From NCBI GenBank assembly GCA_964627505.1, contig CAZVKB010000006.1:1-54099 (forward strand): a DNA stretch of 54,099 nt, written 5' to 3'. Under the pieces are notes generated by a model. The model was not told where the DNA came from and searched no databases. It saw only the letters and a program-made list of their open reading frames with translations. Position numbers and translations under genes: made by a program. The first letter of the stretch is position 1. Each line of letters opens with the position of its first letter. Shown here one piece after another: positions 48,092 to 54,099 of this stretch. This DNA comes from an uncultured Actinomycetes bacterium (GTDB taxonomy: Bacteria; Actinomycetota; Actinomycetes; S36-B12; UBA10799).

Positions 48092-48137
48092 ACCGTAACG
48101 CCGAAACCTGACCGCAGTCTCGGTCGGAACTACCGCC

Positions 48138-48602
48138 TCAGGCCCACTTGCTGAGCCACAGCGCCTCGCCCACCTGCGCCAGGTTGGTGAGTTCAGCGTC
48201 TGCCTCATCGAGGTGATGTTCCTCGTCTTGCAGCAAGGTTTCAAAAAGCATCCGACTGCCCGGGTCGCCGGCTTCTTCGCACACCTGCACACCGCGGCGG
48301 TACAGATCGATTGCGAAAACTTCGCCCTCGCGGTTGAGCGTGAACTGTTCCACCACGCTCTCCCCCACTTGCACGGGTGAAAGCCGCTGCATGTTCGGCA
48401 CGCCATCGAGAAACAGGATGCGATCGATGAGCAGTTCGGCGTGCTTCATCTCTTCGATCGACTCGGCCCGATACTCAGCGGCCAACGTGGCATATCCCCA
48501 GTGCGCGGCGAGTTTGGCCGAGATGAAGTACTGATTGACTGCGGTGAGTTCAGCGGTGAGCGCATCGTTCAAAATGCTGATGACTGCGGAGTCGCCTTCC
48601 AT
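48138..48602 (-). CDS. bfr: Bacterioferritin
   Basis: LTAELTAVNQYF, ESIEEMKHA, RILFLDGVP, DEEHH ferroxidase motifs. Confidence 0.95.
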   Translation of the reverse strand: MEGDSAVISILNDALTAELTAVNQYFISAKLAAHWGYATLAAEYRAESIEEMKHAELLIDRILFLDGVPNMQRLSPVQVGESVVEQFTLNREGEVFAIDLYRRGVQVCEEAGDPGSRMLFETLLQDEEHHLDEADAELTNLAQVGEALWLSKWA

Positions 48603-48658
48603 CAATCCCTCTCTTCGGACATCCCGGACCCACCCGTGAGGTTGATCTCGATATATAG

Positions 48659-48677
48659 TTAGGTAAGGCTAACATAG
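48659..48677. promoter_or_regulatory. IdeR/DtxR iron box
   Basis: TTAGGTAAGGCTAACATAG matches TTAGGTTAGGCTAACCTAA at 16/19. Lies between divergent bfr and feoA. Confidence 0.85.
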
Positions 48678-48747
48678 GTGGTCGAACGGAGACGCGCGGT
48701 CTGTGCGCGCATCTCGGGAGGCCGCAGTGGACAATGTGGAGGACGAC

Positions 48748-48993
48748 GTGCGACAGATTCCACTGAGTGAACTGTCCCCAGGAACCTCCGCAGTGATCTC
48801 GCGACTGCACGAAGAAGACTCCCTTGTGAGCCGTCGCTTGGCCGACCTGGGATTCCTGCCCGGTACTGCGATCTCCGCACTACACCGGGCGCCCATGGGT
48901 GATCCAATGTCCTATCAACTGCGCGGCGCCAAAGTGTGTCTGCGGGCAGTGGATGCAGACAACATCTTGATCACTGATCCCGCATCCAACTGA
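48748..48993 (+). CDS. feoA: Ferrous iron transport protein A
   Basis: RRLADLGFLPG, APMGDP, LR..DA. GGAGGA RBS before GTG 48748. Confidence 0.92.
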   Translation: MRQIPLSELSPGTSAVISRLHEEDSLVSRRLADLGFLPGTAISALHRAPMGDPMSYQLRGAKVCLRAVDADNILITDPASN

Positions 48994-48994
48994 A

Positions 48995-50911
48995 GTGTCC
49001 GCTTCCTGCCACGACGGAGCGACCGGTGATCCGGGACTAACCTCAGCCCCCCGAGTTGCGCTGATCGGCGCCCCGAACGCGGGCAAGACCACATTGTTCA
49101 ATCAGCTCACCGGGCTGCGCGCCAAGACCGCCAACTATCCAGGGGTCACAGTCACCCGCCGCACCGGCACCGCGGTGGTAGATGACGCAACGGTGATCAT
49201 CGACGACTTGCCTGGCACGTATAGCTTGGTGCCCGTCAGCCCAGATGAGGAAGTCGTGGCCGACGCGCTTGCTGGCAGATTGGCCGGAGTTCCCGCTCCG
49301 GATGCCATTCTCGTGGTCGCCGATGCCACCACGATGTCGCGGTCGCTGATCCTGGTCGCCCAGGCGTTGCAGTTGGGTCTGCCCGCATGTGTGGTGATCA
49401 CGATGACCGATGAACTCCAGGAGCGTGGCGGCCGACTCGACATCATCCGGTTGCAGTCAATCCTCGGGGTGCCGGTGGTGGGAGTGGTCGGCACCAAGGG
49501 CATCGGCGTCCACACGGTGCGCGATCTGTTGGTAGCACCTGCGACCTGGCCAATTCCAGCACTGCGACCACCGGCAGACCTGGCGCAGCGCAGCGCTTGG
49601 ATCGACTCGGTGCTGGAGTCCGTGCTGTTTCAGGCGCCGCGCGAACACGCCTGGACCCGCCGAATCGATCGACTTCTGCTGCACCCTGTGGCCGGAGTGG
49701 TGATCTTCATCGGCGTCATGGTGGCGTTCTTTCAAATCATCTTCAGCTGGGCGGTGCCGGCGCAGGACGCTATCGAAGCGGCCTTGAGTTGGTTGTCGGC
49801 CGAGGTCACGCAGCGGGTGGCATGGGAGCCGCTGGCCAGCCTGCTCACCGATGGCGTGATCGGCGGCGTGGGCACGGTACTGACATTTATCCCCCAGATC
49901 TTCCTGCTGTTTCTGGTGATTTCGTTCCTGGAAAATGTGGGCTACATGTCGCGGGCGGCCTTCGTGATGGATCGGGTGATGGGCTCGATCGGGTTGGAGG
50001 GCCGAAGTTTTGTCTCGCTGTTGTCGTCCTATGCCTGTGCCATCCCGGGCATCATGTCGACCCGGACGATCCCATCTTCGCGCGACCGGATCGCGACCAT
50101 CCTGGTGGCGCCGCTGATGACTTGCTCGGCGCGGCTGCCTGTCTACACCTTGCTGATTTCCGCGTTTGTACCCAACGACCAGGTGTGGGGGCCGTTGTAC
50201 CTCCAAGGTTTGGTGCTGCTCGGGCTCTATCTGTTGGGTTCGGTGAGCGCTCTGCTGATCGCCGGCTTGCTCAAGCGCACTGCGCTACGGGCGAATGCGG
50301 CGCCTTTCTTCTTGGAAATTCCGCCCTATCGGGTACCGGGTTGGAAACTTGTGCTGCATCAGGTGTGGGACGCCATCCGATTCTTCCTGCGCAAAGCCGG
50401 GACCGTGATTTTACTCGCCTCGGTGGTGCTGTGGGGTTTGCTGCATGTACCGGTGGTGACCCCGCCCGCCGGCTTATCGCAGTCGGAGGCCACGAGTTAC
50501 CAACTAGAACACAGCGTTGCCGGCAGCATTGGGCGGGCAGTCGAGCCAGTATTCGCGCCTTTGGGGTTCAACTGGGAAATCAATGTGGGGCTGATTGCCT
50601 CTTTGTCCGCCCGGGAAGTATTCGTGTCCACCATGGGTCAGATCACAGCTGCTGAGGGCGATGATCAAGAATCGGTCGCCGCACAATTGCAGGGCCAGAC
50701 AAATCCGGACGGCACTCCGGTGTTCACCCCCGGCACAGTGGCCGCATTGCTGGTGTTTTTCGTTTTCGCCTTGCAGTGCATCTCAACGGTGGTGGTGATG
50801 AGACGGGAAACCAACTCACGGCGATGGCCGGCCATCGCGTTTGGATACATGTTTGCCTTAGCCTGGGTTTTGGGCTGGGTCGCCAATGTCACGGTGACGG
50901 CGTTGACATGA
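48995..50911 (+). CDS. feoB: Ferrous iron transport protein B
   Basis: GAPNAGKTT, NYPGVTV, DLPGTYSL, GYMSRAAF, CSARLP, AREVFV. Confidence 0.95.
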   Translation: MSASCHDGATGDPGLTSAPRVALIGAPNAGKTTLFNQLTGLRAKTANYPGVTVTRRTGTAVVDDATVIIDDLPGTYSLVPVSPDEEVVADALAGRLAGVPAPDAILVVADATTMSRSLILVAQALQLGLPACVVITMTDELQERGGRLDIIRLQSILGVPVVGVVGTKGIGVHTVRDLLVAPATWPIPALRPPADLAQRSAWIDSVLESVLFQAPREHAWTRRIDRLLLHPVAGVVIFIGVMVAFFQIIFSWAVPAQDAIEAALSWLSAEVTQRVAWEPLASLLTDGVIGGVGTVLTFIPQIFLLFLVISFLENVGYMSRAAFVMDRVMGSIGLEGRSFVSLLSSYACAIPGIMSTRTIPSSRDRIATILVAPLMTCSARLPVYTLLISAFVPNDQVWGPLYLQGLVLLGLYLLGSVSALLIAGLLKRTALRANAAPFFLEIPPYRVPGWKLVLHQVWDAIRFFLRKAGTVILLASVVLWGLLHVPVVTPPAGLSQSEATSYQLEHSVAGSIGRAVEPVFAPLGFNWEINVGLIASLSAREVFVSTMGQITAAEGDDQESVAAQLQGQTNPDGTPVFTPGTVAALLVFFVFALQCISTVVVMRRETNSRRWPAIAFGYMFALAWVLGWVANVTVTALT

Positions 50912-51486
50912 TCCGGATCGGTTCGCCCAAGGTGCGCTCAGCCAGTCCCCGGGTGCGGCTGCATGCCGAGTCGACAGCTGATCCGAGAGTGGTGCGCTGG
51001 GTGGTGCCCGCGGAGTGTGTGCGCAGCGTGGGACGTGTCACATGTGATGACGCAGACACCGATGTGCCGGCCGCCGTCCTCCAAGCGTTGGCAACTGGTG
51101 ACCTGACCCGAGTGTGCTTGACGGCGACGTCGATGGAGTGCGAAATCGCCGATCCTTCCCGTTGGCTGCACCTCGCACCGCTGATCAATGAGGCGCTCTT
51201 CACCTATCTGACGTCCGGTCACGTCCTGGCCTGTCAACGTTCAGACGCAGACGACGCCGCCCTCGCGAATGCAGTGGCAGAACTGGTGGCCGGAGATGTG
51301 ACCGACTACGCCACCAGCCATGGTGGAACTATCTCCTTGGTGGACGTTCGCAACGGGGTCGTCACGCTGCGACTCAGCGGTGCGTGCCGCGGCTGTCCGG
51401 CCGCGCAATCCACCATCACCGCGGGTATCGCCGCCAAACTCAACCCGAACTTGCCGCCGGTGGCCGGTTTTCGGGTGACCGACTGA
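50908..51486 (+). CDS. NifU/Nfu-family Fe-S carrier
   Basis: ATGA overlap with feoB. SHGG.I.LVDV, LSGACRGCPAA CxxC motif. Confidence 0.85.
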   Translation: MIRIGSPKVRSASPRVRLHAESTADPRVVRWVVPAECVRSVGRVTCDDADTDVPAAVLQALATGDLTRVCLTATSMECEIADPSRWLHLAPLINEALFTYLTSGHVLACQRSDADDAALANAVAELVAGDVTDYATSHGGTISLVDVRNGVVTLRLSGACRGCPAAQSTITAGIAAKLNPNLPPVAGFRVTD

Positions 51487-51549
51487 TCGTGGGTGGGTTC
51501 GACAGTTCCAGTTTGGGCAATCGGGCAGGATAGGACCGTGTCGGCCACG

Positions 51550-52206
51550 ATGAACCACGACGATTCTTTGGGCCTTCGGCTCATGGCCGGCGGGTTCGGA
51601 ATCGGTTCCACCTTGTTTGCCGTCGGGGCAGTGATGAGTGTTGTGGGTTGGCAGGTGGCGAACCCGACGTTTGCTGTGGGGGCGGTGTTCTTCACTGCCG
51701 CAGCGACCGTGCAGTGGCGCACGGCGATTCGTCATGATCCGGACAATCACCGGGTCTGGAAAGTTGCCGCGCAGGATTTCCGCAATCCGGATTGGCTGGC
51801 AGCGGTGATCCAACTGCTGGGAACCTTGTACTTCAACGTAATGACCATCCGGGCGTTGTCGATCACACTGGCGAACCCGGTGGAGTTCAACTCCGAAGTG
51901 TGGAAACCTGACATCTACGGTTCGGCAGCCTTCTTGATTTCCAGCGCGATTGCCGCGCACCCGGTCGCACGCCTGCGTCGACACCGATTGATCTACGGCC
52001 GCTCGCGGGTGATCGCGTGGTGCAACATTGCTGGATCATTCTTTTTTGCCCTCTCCGCAGTCGGCAATCAACTCATCGCACCGGACACGATGAAGAGCGC
52101 TGTGTGGACCAACCTGGGGACATTCGTCGGGGCGCTGATGTTCTTGCTGGCCGCCGTGCTGCTCTGGCCACCGCGTCAGCACGGGCCCTCGGCCAGCGCC
52201 ACATAG
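51550..52206 (+). CDS. Integral membrane protein (YrhK-like)
   Basis: Multi-TM; IGSTLFAVG, QLLGTLYFN, PDIYGS..FL, GTFVGALMF. Alternative start at 51493. Confidence 0.65.
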   Translation: MNHDDSLGLRLMAGGFGIGSTLFAVGAVMSVVGWQVANPTFAVGAVFFTAAATVQWRTAIRHDPDNHRVWKVAAQDFRNPDWLAAVIQLLGTLYFNVMTIRALSITLANPVEFNSEVWKPDIYGSAAFLISSAIAAHPVARLRRHRLIYGRSRVIAWCNIAGSFFFALSAVGNQLIAPDTMKSAVWTNLGTFVGALMFLLAAVLLWPPRQHGPSASAT

Positions 52207-52323
52207 CGCCCACACCGCACCTGCGGGGAGCGAACCGGAGCCTCGGGTGTTGCCCAGATGTTCACATCCCTCTTACACATTCGACTCCCAACACCGGTGC
52301 GAATATGTCAGGGTAAATACGTC

Positions 52324-52364
52324 GCGACCCCGGTACCACGAGCAACTGCTCGTGCCGGGGTCGC
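52324..52364. terminator. Strong GC hairpin between convergent genes
   Basis: GCGACCCCGG-tac-CACGAGCA-ac-TGCTCGTG-CCGGGGTCGC, just past the oxidoreductase stop codon. Confidence 0.7.
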
Positions 52365-52371
52365 CGCCATT

Positions 52372-53469
52372 TCACAAGTGTACGCCGGGCGTCAACTCCA
52401 CCACTTGCCCTTGTGTGGCAGATTCCCGGCACGCGTCCAACACGGTGGCGAGCACGAGAGCTTCCCGCCCAGTCACCGGTGGTGGCCCGTCGCCCAGGAT
52501 TGCCCGCGCCACGCTTGGGTAGAAGCGGTCCCACGCACCGGGCAAGCTAGGCACCGCAACCTCGTCGTCGCCCAGAAAGAGATGACCCCAAGCGGATTCG
52601 GGTTCCACTCCCCAGCCTGCCCCGAGGTCTGCGGGCGACAGTCCTGCCTTGAGTTGGGCCTCCTGACCGTCAAAGCCATAACTTACGAAACCAGCCCGCG
52701 AACCATTGACGAGGAATCTTGGTCCCGCTGCAGCAGACGCCAGGCTCGCCACAATGTCGCTGCGCACCCCGTTGGTGTGCTCCAGATGAATGGTCACGAC
52801 GTCCTCGGCTGCCACACCAGGGCGCACCTGCTGGAAGTCCGCAAATACCGCGCGCACCGGCCCCCACAGCACCAGTGCTTGATCGAGCAAGTGCGGACCG
52901 AGGTCGAATAACACTCCGCCACCGTGGCTGGCGTCGGCTGAATGCCAGCTGGATTTCACCGGGCGCGACCGCTCAATGCGGGAACCAAACCCGTGCACGG
53001 CACCCAAGTCTCCGCGCGCTACCAAGGCTCGCAGGGTGCGGAAATCACTATCGAAACGACGATTCTGATACGGCACAGCCAACCGGTTTACTTCCGCGGC
53101 GTGGCTCAGCACCTCTGCGGCCGCAGCCGCGGACAAGGCAAAAGGCTTGTCCACCACGACGTGCAGTCCCAAGGCCAGCGCTTCGTGGGCCACGTCCGTG
53201 TGCGTCGCAGTCGGGGTAGTGATGGTCACGCCGACGACACCCATGTCGGCCAGGTCCGACAGTCGGGAGACAACCTGAGTGTCTGGCAGGTCGGCCCGCA
53301 CCTGCGCCACCCGTTCCGGGGATGCAGTCACCACCGCCGTCAGTGCGAGTTCGTGCGCGGAGGTAAGCAAAGGACGGTGAAAGATTCGCCCCCCAGCGCC
53401 GTAACCCACCAAACCCCAGCGCAACGGTGACGTCGGCACAGTCGTGTCCATGGGGTCAGTGTGCTTCAT
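52372..53469 (-). CDS. Gfo/Idh/MocA family oxidoreductase
   Basis: GYGAGGRIFH, VVVDKP, YQNRRFDSDF, GGGVLFDLGPHLLDQ. Confidence 0.92.
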   Translation of the reverse strand: MKHTDPMDTTVPTSPLRWGLVGYGAGGRIFHRPLLTSAHELALTAVVTASPERVAQVRADLPDTQVVSRLSDLADMGVVGVTITTPTATHTDVAHEALALGLHVVVDKPFALSAAAAAEVLSHAAEVNRLAVPYQNRRFDSDFRTLRALVARGDLGAVHGFGSRIERSRPVKSSWHSADASHGGGVLFDLGPHLLDQALVLWGPVRAVFADFQQVRPGVAAEDVVTIHLEHTNGVRSDIVASLASAAAGPRFLVNGSRAGFVSYGFDGQEAQLKAGLSPADLGAGWGVEPESAWGHLFLGDDEVAVPSLPGAWDRFYPSVARAILGDGPPPVTGREALVLATVLDACRESATQGQVVELTPGVHL

Positions 53470-54072
53470 GGGGCCAGCGTGGCGCGACTTTCCACCACAT
53501 ACTCCAGTGCCGTCACCAACGCATGCGGATCAGGTACCCGAAAACGCGCGGACGTCTCCCCCGGCCCCACGCGTATCGTGATGTCTGTGGACTGTGCGGC
53601 GGTCATCACGGTCTCATCGGTCACGTCATCGCCCGCAAACAGCACAGTGGGATCACCGAGTCGATGACGCAACTCCATCACGGCCGCTCCTTTGTCCAGT
53701 GGATGCACGCCGACATCGAGCACGGACTTGCCCGCGAGCACATGCAGATCCGCCGCGCGTGCCAACGCTTGTACGGCCGCATGCAGTTCCGCACCCGCAG
53801 TCGGCTCTGCCTGGCGCACGTGAATGGCGAATCCGGCTGGTTTGGGTTCGATCATGGCCCCCGGCGTGGCATCCACCATGGCGGCGACTTCTGTTCGCAC
53901 CTGTCTCAGAGTTTCTGCTTGCCGGTCGCTGAGACGCTTGTGGTCTCGCCCACCCCACTCGGCGCCGTGACTGCCGATGAGCAGCACCGACTCGGTCACC
54001 CCACTGACCTCGCGCAAATCGGCCACTGGCCGACCCGAGACCAATGCCACAGTCACACCTGGGCTGCCGGCT
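53466..54072 (-). CDS. otsB: Trehalose-6-phosphate phosphatase (5'-truncated)
   Basis: VALVSGR, GSHGAE, GKSVLD, DKG, FAGDDVTDE, VGPGET. ATGA overlap with the next gene. Confidence 0.88.
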
Positions 54073-54099
54073 AGCCGGCAGCCCAGGTGTGACTGTGGC
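54046..54099. repeat. Perfect 54-bp palindrome at the window end (probable fold-back artefact)
   Basis: 54046-54072 GCCACAGTCACACCTGGGCTGCCGGCT is the exact reverse complement of 54073-54099. Confidence 0.9.

Noticed and set aside
52258..52911. 217-aa plus-strand ORF
   Set aside because: It is mostly antisense to the oxidoreductase, crosses the hairpin and has no recognisable features.

Overview
A high-GC actinobacterial chromosomal segment that looks like a complete contig. It begins with exactly 55 nt of an ISL3/IS1096-type element end and finishes in a perfect 54-bp fold-back palindrome inside otsB. The left ~15.6 kb is accessory-looking. It holds a type I Wadjet anti-plasmid operon (jetABCD) with jetA cut by the IS, an MFS transporter, and a coupled two-gene anaerobic redox module. 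That module pairs a 1723-aa pyruvate:ferredoxin oxidoreductase carrying its own tethered C-terminal ferredoxin with a single-chain Nfn/Sud-type flavo-iron-sulfur protein in large-then-small order. It is my best candidate for an under-described system. The rest is mostly actinobacterial core: arc/mpa (without dop-pup-prcBA next to it), trmI, a site-2 protease, a RecB-family nuclease with a PafBC-type promoter, ABC exporters, dodecin, SURF1, SDRs, a thioredoxin-like protein, FNR, beta-carbonic anhydrase, parE, and the principal sigma factor with histone-like repeats and a SigR/SigH-type promoter. It also carries an MMPL plus heptad-repeat protein pair, upp, and an IdeR-boxed bfr / feoA-feoB-nifU iron locus. 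At least 14 genes have a -10 hexamer 6-7 nt before the start codon (leaderless). I saw no rRNA, tRNA or CRISPR array. All family calls come from motif recognition by eye, not database searches.
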